Of a DNA stretch of 64,000 nt, positions 26,825 to 39,900 are shown piece after piece. The position numbers and the translations under genes are program-made. This DNA is from Phoronis australis. Lineage: Eukaryota; Animalia; Phoronida. Within the stretch, counting starts at the first letter, position 1. Each line of letters opens with the position of its first letter. The stretch lies in assembly GCA_002633005.1 (NCBI GenBank), contig NMRA01000455.1, positions 48,652 to 112,651 of the forward strand. The letters are read 5' to 3'. The notes beneath the pieces are model-generated. The model saw nothing but the letters and a program-made list of their open reading frames with translations. It made no database searches and was not told where the DNA came from.

Positions 26825-27220
26825 ATGGCTGGAGTCGGTGACCCGTATCACAGTGACAGTAGTGTGAGAGACGGAGACCTTGTTCACAGCAGTGGTGACG
26901 AGGAAATTTTTCACGGACATTCAGTGGGTGGGTACATGTTTGAGCCCGAGTATAACGAGGCAGACTACGCACAGGCACAGGAAGCTGTTGAGAGAAACGA
27001 GGCGGCTAGTGAGGAAAGACGTGGTGACACATATTGGTGCAAATGCACTGTGTGCGTTGTTATGCCTACTTCAATGGAATGCTTGTGCTGTTCAGACTTC
27101 GACGAGGCCAAGACACTACTGGACATCGTTAAGTGGACCTCCGGCATACCACGGACAGAGGAACAACTGTCCCACTTGCCAGAGTGTCCCGCGACACACT
27201 CCCACTGGATGGTGACCTGA
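26825..27220 (+). pseudogene. Truncated KolX-like ORF, copy 2
   Basis: YMFEPEY..WCKCTVCVVMPTSMECLCC. Confidence 0.75.
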
Positions 27221-27917
27221 GCACCTAAACTTCTTACACCGTGTCGTGTGACTCCCTCACCACACACCTGGCACCTTCTAAATAGCTCCAACACTTTAGA
27301 CAAGTCCACAATAAACTGATCAAAGTTTGGCTCACCGATCTGTTCACTGGACGACGAACTGCCCTCTTCACTGGGTGTCGAACTGAGCCTGTTATCACTC
27401 CCACTACTCAATATCGCTGCAGGGCTGCTTACAGGCTCTGGGGTGGAGAAAACAGCACAGGGCGAATCACTACTGGTTCCAGGAATTGCACGCTCTGGGG
27501 TACGATCGGAGGCACGGGTGACAGTAGATGAAGTGCCTCCACTGGCTCCAGTCACTGTACTGCCACAGCTCGCGAGGCTTCTCGCTTTAAGAACGCACTT
27601 CTCGGGGGTGGCGACGGGCCACTGCCGGGAATCAACACAGACGGAATAGCATCCTTCTTCAGACGTTGTTTCGCAGGCACCTTCATCAGTTCAGCGTACA
27701 AACCCCTTTCGTAATCGGACGGCAGAAAGTGCTTGCCACTCACACGGTAATTCTCCACTGCTTTGTACGTTGCGTGGACGGGTAACGCTGCGTTCTTCAC
27801 ACGAATGAGCCAAGTACGGGGAAGTGTGTCATCCATCGGAAAGCGATGCAAAGGTACTCCCAAAGCGCGCGTGAGCCGATAGTTAGTACATCCTGGTACG
27901 CAGCAACAGTGTGGCAT
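27133..27917 (-). pseudogene. Truncated, frameshifted THAP-transposase ORF, copy 2
   Basis: THAP in 27552..27917 (third Cys to Ser, RVSGKHF), a 1-nt frameshift near 27560, then a CQVC..WEC..GH zinc-finger-like segment up to the junction. Confidence 0.8.
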
Positions 27918-30520
27918 GTTGACTGACTAGTAAATGAAAGCAAACGACGACGGAACTTAACACAACCGAGGTAGAACAATGACTGACTGGGCAGCTCTCA
28001 CAGTAAGACTATATGAAAAGAAATTGTCGCGAAATGCTTGCCTCCTAAAACGTCACTTCCGGAATAGCGGACGAGTAATTAATAAAATTACGAAAAGCTG
28101 TAATTAAGTGGAAATTATGTCTAGGATAACCAACCAACCTTATTTTAGCTCAAAATGACATGGAAAAAGGTTGCCTTCGCCTTTAACTCCGAAACTAATA
28201 CTAAGAGACGTACTTGTTTATGGTCCACAGCGTTTGCCCACGAAACCTGCAACAAATTTGTTGAATTTAAAATAGTCTTCAAATGCCCAAGAGACCAAAT
28301 CCGTTTTTAGTGTTGGAAATAATGACGGGATTTTTTTTTTGGAAATCGTCTTAATGTAAGGTCTGACAAAAAGAGTATTAGCAGTTTCTGAGTCATTCAC
28401 TAAGGCTTCGATTAAAATTCACATCTTACCAGCAGCTTCTGTGTTTTCATTGTCACTCAGTTTCCGTTTTCTTTAAAAAATGAAGTAAATGTTCTTTTAA
28501 ACGCAGTGGAGCAGACGACGGAAACAGAGTCGTAGTGCGCAGCACTACTGCCGGTCGCCTGGAATATCGCAGGAGAGCCTATTCTTACCCATAGTTCCGT
28601 TACGATTGCGCCGTGTTCCGAATTTGACACTTGAAATTGGATCTGAGCCCCGCTCCCCCCCCCCCCAAACACTAAAACTACACACATCTAAATCTTGTTT
28701 GATGCGTATAATTTTAATTACCTGGCTTATATAATAAACTCAACATTTCTCTACGCTCTTGCTGTTTTAATTTTTGCGGCAGCCAACGGGGAAGGGCCGG
28801 GGCCCCTGGGCCCCCCAAAAATCGGCCTATGACCAATCATTTTGGGAGATTTGAAGATGATTGCTTTGTATTTGAAGATTTGACTTGGCGTCCACTAAAC
28901 ATTGCCACTCAAATCACATTGAAATGGGTGTTTAATTTCTTTGACGACAATAAAGTCTTCTGATATCATCATCGCGCTTTGCCACGTTACATGTTTGTGC
29001 CGCCCAAGGTGGGGTGTAGTGGTGGAAGCATTCAGCCGGCGGAAATCTACAACCGTGCTCAGACTGCCATCGTTCTTTTGTAACACGGACTCTTCGATTT
29101 GCGGATGATACCAGCAACGTGGGCGGCGCACTATAGGGGCCTGGGGGCTATAGCCCCCACTTTTTAGTGCTACCCCGCACTTAGTGGACTTTAGCCCCCC
29201 TCCTACATTTTTCAGTGCTGCGCCGCCCATGTCAGGAGCTGATGAAGATAGTCTTTGACTTCCTCTTGCATGAATTTTGAAATATGGCATAGGTGCTGTT
29301 AACTTTGTATGCCGGGTTGTACAGTACGTATGTGCAAATATCTTAAATTCTCTTAGCTGAAACCCTTACAAAATATATGTTTTCTGACAACAAAAGTTGT
29401 TATTCTGATTTATATTTTTTTACAAAATGTGTATTTTTGGTAGATTTTTTTACATTGAGCAAAGATTTTAAAATATTGTTCCTCCAATTATTTTGATCTC
29501 TTGTCAACATGTTGGTAACGGCATTTTCGAAGGGTTTTTTAATAAGGTCTTAAACTTTTAATGATCTACTTTTTAGAGCAAAAACCACCGTGTTCTTAAT
29601 GTTTGAAACATTCGTTCAGAAATCACTTTTGCTTAGTCACCATATTCATAAAAGTTAAACTTGTAATATCTCACTGTTTAAATTATCTGATGTTTGTGAT
29701 ATTGCATACACCTTTAGTATTGCATGTACTTAAAACGGTTGAGTTATATCCCGTTGATTCACCCATTCAAAGATTTATTCTGAGTCAGTTTCCTTAGGAG
29801 TCACTGCACTTGGCACTCACTTCAAAGCCGTTCACCCCCTAACAAAAGAAAATGGTTAAGGAATTACATATACGTATATGCCATTTCGGCTAGTAGCTCG
29901 ATGGCGCATCGGTCTGTATTACGCAACTTTATTTGTAAGAATCCCTGAAGAGTGACGTAAAGACAATAGTTTACAATGAAATCGATTAATCTATGCATTT
30001 AATTATTAACGGTCTAGTTCCACTTGACGTCATCTGAACTGTTTGGATTATGCATTTGCTATACTAGCAAATGATGAAAACAGAGCTCAGAGACTGGGTC
30101 TCATGGTTGAGTTCAATAACTCTTAAGTACCTCGCTAGAATAGCAAGCTATCGTTGTGCATTTTAACGACGGCAAGCGATTTTGGCTAGAATTCTCTCAC
30201 CGAGAGACACCCATTGAACACTAACCTTCACTGTAGCCTAATGTAATCGATATCTCCACTTAACGTACTACCTCAAAGATCACAACGACACGATACGCAA
30301 ATAATCAACGCGCACCACCAATAGTTATTTAAATAATGATCAATAAGATTCGACCATACGTTCATCGCGTGGCCAATGTCTTTCGCACATATTGAATCTC
30401 TTACGTTAGAAATATGCGCGCGATTAGGTATCGGTCCTCTTATACAATAACGATTATATTCTATCGACTACAATTAAACAATTTCAAATTCATTTTGGCA
30501 TTTCCGTTGCCAATGTTGCG

Positions 30521-30904
30521 ATGACTACACCTAACACTAAGTCGCTTATCATCGTTACTATTTTTGCCTGTGCTGTTTGGGTCTGTCAGTCAGAAACACT
30601 GTTTGGAGAAAAAATCAAAACTTGCGCTTCGCTAAGGCCAGGGTTTATTGCAAGTGTGTCAAACATTTCCGATTCTTTTTCACCGTCGTTCTATAGGAAA
30701 AATACTGGCACTCGGAGCCAAATAGAATGTGCGGTGTACTGCAGGAGAAACACAGCATGCGTTTCGGCTTATTACAAAGAAGATACTGGCATATGTTACC
30801 TATCCCGGGAAAGTTACCATGACATGTTATCTAAGCGAAAAGGTGGAAAAGAAAGCGAGAATATTGGAAGTACGATAAGGATCGGCAACTTTGAATCCGA
30901 CAGA
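30521..30904 (+). CDS. Gene B exon 1 (signal peptide + PAN/Apple-like domain)
   Basis: LIIVTIFACAVWVCQS signal; SQIECAVYCRRNTACVSAYY..GICYLS fits PAN CxxxC..C..C spacing; donor aga|gtatgt. The link to exon 2 is inferred from phase 0 and position. Confidence 0.85.
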
Positions 30905-33900
30905 GTATGTATTCTAACACAATAACATCCAGAAGGAAACCTTAACCAGTGTGTTGGAAATCACGTGTGTGATCAAATCTAAGCAAGTTTGAATGCATTG
31001 ACAGCTTGCATTTTTTTTAAGGAAAATTTTCAGTTTTGTACAACCGACATGCGCGCACTCAGCCTTTAATATGGGGGGCTCGAATGTCTGACGATGTGGA
31101 GCTCTTGCTGACCTTCACTGTGCGTCTGCGCCTTTTTAGTTGACTTTTGTCTCGTTTTTTAGAACTTTTTGTTTCTCTGAGGCGGACCTTCTTGCCCACT
31201 TCGTCAAATGTGGGGTTGGTTTCGAATTGATTCCATTCGTCCGGTCAAAAAATATAAAAGATAATTTTATGGTTTTATTATACAAACCGCCAATTCTCGC
31301 CGTTGTCTGGCAGACATTCGCTGAAATCACAGTCGGTGACTTAACGGTGATCTTTGGACTTGCTTTTATAAGTTCTGCCAGTAAAGCGGTTGGCTGACAC
31401 GCAGCAATTTCATGTTCGATTCCACGATAGAAATATCGGAACAAAGATTTTTCTCGCCGATGTGATCACCTTACACGACTCTATTCACGGGCCGTTTTTT
31501 ACGAAATTATGGTTGGTCGTCACTTGTAAAAGAAATAGTATGATCTGCAACTGTAAGCTCGTCGTTAGCTTGAAACGACTGACATCTACAATTTGTCTTA
31601 GTAACGATTTGACACCAGATTTTCTCGGTTTAAAGGAAAAACGGTACTGTGATAGAAGACTGGTTGTCGTTCTTACGCATGGTTTTACTCACTTAAATTG
31701 CAGCTTTAAACACTTGAACATTCCTTTTCTCTGTACAATCCATACATGTACATATACTGTATACCTAACCTTTTTTAATCGTGTCCCCAATACTAGCAAA
31801 AACGATACGGAATACTGGCTTATCAAAACTCCTTTGTGTTTTTCGCGTTTAAGTACATGTGTTATTCTGTTCTCTATACTCATGGGTGGTGTAGCAAAAA
31901 AAATAGGGCTGGTAGACTACGATGAGGTTGGATTAGCCCACTCCATGTTGTCCTTGTTGAACAATGTGCTCGACGGCATGCAATAATGGACGTTACCTAC
32001 ACCCTGTAGCTGGTACGTTTTAGGCCAGCTCATGTTTCTGTTTCGTGAAACCCGACTGAAACTTGAGAAAAGAAATTGTCTTACGCTGAACACGGCTATT
32101 TAGGAGAAAAAAATAATTAAATCTCACGTGTGCAGAAGTGCAGTCTCTAAAAATGTATCTAATGCTTAAATATGGTCCGTAATTATATTTAGACTGTAAT
32201 CCGCTCATACGTGTAGTTCTCTGACTCAGCCTTTTTCAGCAATTACTGTATGAAGGGAGTTTAAGATCAAATATCTGAAGCCTGGAGCTGCTTTCACGAA
32301 ACGGACCATGGCCGATGTCTTAGTCTCTATTTTTGTGGAAGGAAAAATTACATGCATATTTCTCGAGAAACCTATTGACTTTTGTCCTTCTGTTAAATAA
32401 AACACAGTAGTAAAACAGCGGCTACTTTGCGCATTTGTGGCAAACATCTGTGTTGCTTAGGTAAACTATATACAGAAATGTAAAAAAAATCCTAAATTTA
32501 AGTTAAGCAAGGCGTATTGCATTTCCAGTCCTCCTAAAACTCTATTTACCTGGCTTGTGCGAGAAGTCACGTGTTAATATTTACTGTTTCTAGGGAAACA
32601 CCAACAACAAAGCGGATCCGAGCACCGAATGTAGCAACGCCAACTGCGTAGATGGAGACCAGGCCTGCATGAAAGACTGCGATAACAACGTGGGAGTCTG
32701 CGTAGGTACGGTTGTGTTCTTGTCAACGAAATGTTTATTTCAAAACAGTGTCTAAGGGTGAAGCACTGTGGCAGATCGGATTCATAACAAACTTTCAGGT
32801 ACGATGCTTTTTATGTAAAATGTTCTACAAAAAGCTGCCAGGACTTTTTTGTTTCAAAAAACTAAAAGCTGCAAAAAGTTAAAGCTGAATAACAATTTAT
32901 AAAACGGTAACAACATTCGTGATATTTATATCAAATGGAATTTGGTAGTGTTGTTGTAACCAATCGTTTGATATGCATACATGTACAAAATGTTTAGTTT
33001 TTTGGTAAATTTCACTACAAGGAGAATTAAGGGAGTTTGCATAAAGTTAAATTCATATTCTACTGACGTTCTTGCTTCAAAACAAACGTACTTTTGCTGA
33101 GTTAAAAGCTAATAACAGTTTTGCTAACATTTAACTCAACACATAGACATGTCGAAGGTCTCCATAACCATAAAATGCTCCATGTTTGATCGAAGGGCTA
33201 TCAAAATTGGACACATGATTTTGATGAAAAAGATCCAAAAAATGTAAAAAACGAGAAAATGATTTTATAGGATTCTGTAGCTACATTATGGCGATTCCAT
33301 CCTGGTCACGTGACCTTGTTTCTTAGTAAAATTTGGAAAAAAGTAGCTATACAACAAAACATCGATCGTTTTATTGATATCGTTGTTTTGCTGTATTACA
33401 CCTATCTTTTTTCTAAAGTTTACTAAACAAACAAATGTTACTGGGACTTGGGTGACTGTGGGTAATGTTAAAACCTATTTTGTTGAACTAAGCTGACAGG
33501 TAAAGTACCAATGGAACAAGGCAGTTGACACAATCATTTTTACGGAATCATCGGAATAAGACTTAGGAACACTTAAGTCAAAGTGGCAATACTCTTCTGT
33601 GAGACTGTCCTTCTTTTGGAAAGATTTCCTTAACACTCAGTCGTGTTACTAATCTCCAATTTAGGGATATCATCTGCCCTCGTTTCGCCGTTGACAGTGT
33701 AACGTTGATGTCTAACTCAGATGATAAAACACTATTCAACCACATAAATACTCTACTGTGTCACACATTTATCTCCACATAGTTGGCGTCCATGTACATG
33801 TATAACCCGACTAAAGTGTAGCTCAAGCTCTTCCGTTTGATAAGTTTTCAAAATTTGCCCCAAACTTTAAGGGTTGACGCTGGTTACGAAGCAAAGTTTT

Positions 33901-36900
33901 TAGGGAGGTGGAAGAGGATGACAGGGTTTAAAAGGTTTAGTACCCTTTCAAAATGGCTTCTTGTTTTTCCAATGACCCAAACATCATCAGGGCCTACCCC
34001 AGAGATTTTGGTTACTTAAACAAACAGTAACTTGGACACCACCATGCATTATTTTGTGTAGACATTTTAAAACCCTTGAATGCTTCTTTCCACTGTTCCT
34101 TCGTCATTTTAAGAAATGTCACATGACACTTAGATCCGCTCGCCTTGACTGAAGAAAAGAAAAAGGAATCTTTATGTGTTCAACGTTTACTCCTAACATC
34201 AATACCCTGAAGTGATACTCAAATAAAACAATTTCGGAGGCAACCAGTTAAATAGGGTCGCGAACTTTGCATAAACACGTGCGACATAGCGTAACGTCAA
34301 CGTGGAGTGCTATCTCGGCAACATTAAAATTATAACCTGCCGTATGATTTTTGAATACAAGAAACGCTGAATATCAACATCTGCTGCTTAAATAGTTGCA
34401 TTTACTACGCCGCCTTCCGGCCGTGCGAGTTTAGCAAGATAGTGCCAATTTCATACACGATTCACGTTTATACATGTATTTTGTGACAGGCAAATGTTTT
34501 GCGAGCACAGTTGCGCTCTTGTATTTACTAGTGTACTCCGGCAAAATTGCCGCTACTGAAGTGAGTAAGTCATACGGTTATGCTTCTCTTTTCAAACACA
34601 GCTCCCTTTAAAGAATGTGATGAAGTTCCAGTTGCCAATATTCGACACTACTACTATGCGAACTTCGCTAGCGGAACTGACAGCGGAACTGTTATGGTAA
34701 GTTATTATCGAGGAGAAAATATTATTAGTAATTTCTAAATAGAATTTCTGCATTAGGTAGTTTTAGGTGGATCCCAGGGCCCGGGCACGATTATGCAAAC
34801 TGAAATAATGACGACAAGGTATTTAGGGCAACAGCACTGGCGTAGCCACGTGGGGGTGGGACAACGGGACACTGTTCATTGCAAAAACCCCTCCTCAGGT
34901 CGAAGCTCATTTCATGTTTGCATTTTGACCGCCTGCTCAAGCACCGTGATACGTTCCTTCACAGCGCTCATGTAACCGTAGGAGCGCTGCAAATAGAGCG
35001 ATCCCAGGAATTTATGTCGTGGATGCCACTGCGCATGCCCGAGTTAATTGTCCACTGTAAACAACAATCATCGGAACGTTTCCCTTGGTCAGGGGAATTG
35101 CTGATTTGGCAAACCACCGTCGTCTGATGCGCCAGAATGGCGTCCACTGAACTGATCACAATACACTGTACATTGTGTGCCTCAACATGATTCCATTACA
35201 GCACACATCACGAATTTTTGGCCGACCGGTCGGAAATTGGTCGACGACCGGCCGTCGACCAGTCGTCTAGGCGACCACCAGCCGACCAACAACGGTCGGC
35301 TAGGAGCCGTCTGCTTAGTCGCCTCTGTGGTCGGCACTTGGGTCGGCTAATTGGTCGCCTAGCGTAGACGACCAATTCGGATTAAGCGTGTCCTTGGTCG
35401 GCAATTAGCATTTTATGACTTAGCGGGTGAACTTTGGACAAACAAACATTTAACTGTTCGCTGTTCGTTTAGCAGTGGCAACTNCGGTGAAAACGCCACC
35501 ATAGGCGTTATATAAGATGTATGAACACCTCTTTTCACGTTAAACAAAAGTCGATTCAACGCATTTTATCGATCTTGCATCCACTTACATGTCTCATTAC
35601 CCGATATTACCCCGCTGAGAATGTGCAAGTTGATACGTCCTAGCGTTTGTAATGGGCCAATGAGAAACCGCATTGGACTTGTTTCTAATAATCCCTATGC
35701 ATGAGGGAATTTGTGGTGTTTCAGTATCAGTACCACCTTTACATAGTGCCTCTGTGTAAGAATGTGCCCCGCGTTTAGCTTCATTCGAATCAGTACTTCA
35801 CGGTCCCATAATGGATGCCATCGCTTTCCCGATCAACCATTGAATCATCCAATTATTGTAACCTAGAGCTTTTAACATATTACCAGCTCATAGGCTGATA
35901 AATGATCCGACCAGACATCCGGGCATTAAAGTAACCGTGCTTATTATTACATCACCAAGTTCAAAATGATTTGATTTCATGTGAGCGGACTGCGTGACTT
36001 AGGAAAATATTGAGAAGTAGTGGGGCTCAGAGTTTAATGAACAACTGCAATTAGAGCCATGCATTTATATATAAGTCACAAATGAGTTTATTTCTGATGC
36101 GAGATGACCAGCAAATTCTTCAAAGCCCAAAACTTTCAATGAGCATCACGAAATTTGTGCAGGTGATCGTCTTGACATGCATGTATAGTGGTACATTTAC
36201 ACTGTAGGCTATGTGTTACTGCCTCCCCGCACCTCATACTACTCTGGAGAATTGTTTCAGACGAAGACTTTCAAGAAGCAGTATTCCTACACATCATTGA
36301 GAGTCAGTTTCCGCGGCGTTCTTCGTTCGAGTTACAACTGCGCCGGATGTTGTTCCCGATGGTTCTTCACTTTTAACGACCAAGAGTGTTCCCTCCCAGG
36401 AAAAATAGAGATAGCATGGTACAAAGGAAAGGAGAGGAACGATTATCGCCCAGCCCAAGGTGAGCGACTTTACTAGTTTGGGGTGTTTTCCGTAAGGGTA
36501 TTTTCTTGCGAACTGGCAAGATGAAACCAGAGTGCGCAAGTGAATAGGCAGTGCGAGGGTCTCCACAGAAGTATTCGACTAGCTCGAAATGTTGATATAA
36601 CGCAAAAGTTGAGGGAGAAAATAACTGTTTTCATTTCATCATTCAAGTTACACCTCTCGCCACCAGGGAAAATACAGTTATTGGAGCAGGTGGTATTTTG
36701 AGTCTTGACCATAGCCGAGAGGTCCTGCCTTGACAACATTTTTGGGTCGATCTGAATTAAAATAATCCTATTGAAGATAAATTGTCTTTTAAAACCTACA
36801 TGTATTTTCAACATTCATGTATTAAAATTTCTTGAGCTAATGTGTCGCTGCGGGGCAAGCGAGTCACATTAATGTCAACTTTGTATTTGGTCCTTTGTTA

Positions 36901-39900
36901 AGAGAAACCAAAGATAATTATTAAAGTAGAATTTTTGGCTTCAATAAAAAATATTGAAACACGCCGGTGATCAATGCACTGACTAACCAGCTTTCGATTA
37001 TCAAAGTGTGTCTGCTCTAAGTTTCACTTGTCCGTTTCAGTTGACGGCATCTGCGAGTTGGAGCAAGCTGGGGACATAGTTATTAAGTTCAATCTGGGTG
37101 CTTGCTCTGGATATGGAGTGCCTGATTCACAAACAGGATGGGGAAGTAATATTGGAGCGTCCATCACGGTCGAAGAGAACGACCTCAGGCGGTCATTTGG
37201 TGAGTATTTTACAGTAAATCCTTTTTTTTCGATAAAAGTTTTACATCTGGCGATAGTACATTGGTTTTTGAAACGGATTCCAAACGGAGTCTGTAAATTT
37301 CAAGCAAGTCAGTGACTGTTAATAATTTTAAGGTTATGTAGAAACCTAGAAAATTTCCAATTTAATCTTAATTCGGAAATTGTTGATGGGACTTTGAGAT
37401 ACTACATGTGTACACTTTATTCGCTGTTCACGATGTTAAGAATTGTTTTTGAAATATTCTGCTTTTGCACGCGGGTCTATCAACATAGGATTTTTGTCAA
37501 TTTCTTAAAATCACTCTAAAGCTGCAAAGGTGTAGAGTATTCAGAAAACTGTAACTGTCATGTCGAACATTTGCATCAATTGAAACTTTTCTCACCTTAT
37601 TTATACCGCTGACTAAAAAGATGACCCAATCAATGACGTGTTGATAGCTTTCTCTGAGATAAAATGTATGAATTTCGAAATATTTGTCTAAATGTGTTGA
37701 CTAGTTAATAAGGTTCTACATAGCGATATGTTTATTAAAGTGTTAGCAATTAGTTTGATAGGAAAACACCACCACCATTCAGTCAGCAAAGTCATTTATA
37801 CTTGTTTGTGATCGTGTTAACACATGTACCTGTTGGTATCCAAAACATTCTCGTTCACAGAAACCAATTTACCAACTTACGGCGGTAATGCCGGTGGTTC
37901 ATCCTGCACGTTTCCTTTCGTTTACAAAGGCGTCTCATACAGTGAATGCACTGAGGTGGAACACAATCAACCGTGGTGTGCGACCACTTCTGATTATGAC
38001 AACAATCGGATATGGGGACATTGCCCAGGTGGGATTTCAAGACTTTCTATTGTATGGTATTTATGTCACTTTTCCCTCCAAAAGGAGAATGCAGTTAATC
38101 ATCTTCCGCTAATTGATCACACTGCATATAATTCAGTATTGGTGATTAGTCTTCAACGTGATGCAACGGTGGGTTACACGTGAATATTTCGTTCAGTGGT
38201 TTGTTTGTACATCGGCACGGATAATGCATCTCTATTAATAACATGCTTTACATATCTTACGATTTACCTGTTGTTTATCATTTTGTCGTCCAGTGAGATC
38301 GAAAACTTAATTTTTCCTCTTCAACTTTCGTTATGATGACGCCAGTTCTGTAAACCGAATACCCTTGTGGGCTTCCTTGGCGCTTCAGGTTCTAGAGCTG
38401 CCACGATAGAGGTGAGCAATTTCGCCCAGAATCTATTTCCCGGCGGCCACTCTCCTCGGACACAGATATGATCAGCCATCTGACTGGACTCACCTAGTAC
38501 TCAGTATGAATGAGTGGTGAATATTGGCTTCTCATTTCCCTCCAACCCTTCTTCATGTGCTTGCCCATACCCTCAGGAAGATAAACAATATTGGTGGAGC
38601 ACCAACACATTTGACTCCGCCTAGTTATTGCCCCCGACACCACTCAGTGGGCTAAAATTTCTGACTCCAACCTATTGCCACCATTTCCGCCATTTTGTAC
38701 ACCTCGCCCGTCCTCACAGGTGTGCGGATTAGCTGTTTGAGATGAACACATCGAAGAAAAGACCACTAAAAACTCACACAGCACTTCATCAACATTTCAG
38801 TTTTGTGTAGTTACGAGTAAAGAAGTACCATACATGTAAAATCAAGAGCCAGCTTACTGAGTAGACAATTGGCTGCGGAACACTTTCTAAATTCGTGATG
38901 GGATCACTCGTTTCCCGCGATGTTACGCCCAGATGGAATGCGCAAGCATCAATTTTCGGTATCCGTAAAAAGTTCAATGGGTACCTCCAATGCAGCATGA
39001 GCTCCACCTACTAAATTTTGATTTCTCTATTGAGTAGCTAACATGTTATTTATTTACTGTTGTCTTCGCTGTTGTGTCTTCTTTTTGCGTAGTTCTCACT
39101 TGTTATTGGACCATTATTGGTTTCTCCCTCGCCATCGGTGGTCCCCACCTCTGTTATGGTGTTAGTCCAAGTCCTTGACGGCCTAATTCTATTTTGGTAA
39201 TTTTGTCGCCGCGCCCAACTGTTCTTATCGACCTCGTTACAGCCACTTTTTTGGTGTTTCGACTTTAACTTTTGTTCTGGTTGAAGGTCCTTGTCTTCCC
39301 TGCCTCACAAAGTTACATGTACATGTATATAGTGTCGAAGTGGCATGGCACATAATCCTCCACTTCTTTCACCGCATAGTTTAATTAAGAGTCTGAATGA
39401 TAAAATCATAGCGGCCAAGAATCCATTCGTAGTCGCAACAACCGCACAATCATTATCGCGTAAGACCAGGCAGAATCACCTGAGTGGAAGGCGAGCGTGT
39501 CGCGAGTACATTTTGCTTGCGGTGTTAATTATGCACCCTCGCAACCTGCCGGCCTTCGAAGTGATTGGCTAGTGGTGAGGCTAAAGTGTTGAAGTGCTGA
39601 ATAACGGGAAAGAATTCACAATTTCCGTTTAAACAACGTTTTCTCGCCACAGAGTGTCAGGCGTCTAAGGAACGGACCCAAACATACACGTACACGTAAC
39701 TAGACAAGAAACACATAGTGTAGTAGGGCAGGGTAATGCTGCTATGTTTTTATTCGAATTCTTTTTGGAGAAATAGAAACTGCTACTTTTACCGCTATAT
39801 TTCAATAGAGGGGTGCTAATTTCTAAATTTAAGGAAAATGTCCAAAACTGTCAAGATTCAACATCAAGCAGTACACGTGGACTGGTGTGGAGGGGTCAGA

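Larger units (their letters stand above)
26491..28182. mobile_element. Internally deleted Kolobok-like DNA transposon, copy 2 (between genes A and B)
   Basis: TTAA at 26487-26490 and 28183-28186; same TIRs, orientation and internal junction as copy 1. Confidence 0.88.
26192..28831. mobile_element. Non-autonomous TIR element with 5-bp TSD, hosting Kolobok copy 2
   Basis: Ends cagtggcggatct ... aaatcggcctatg; ACCAA at 26187-26191 and 28832-28836. Confidence 0.5.

Noticed and set aside
31390-31986. 198-aa intronic ORF
   Set aside because: Non-ATG start, no recognisable motif and no paralog in gene A.
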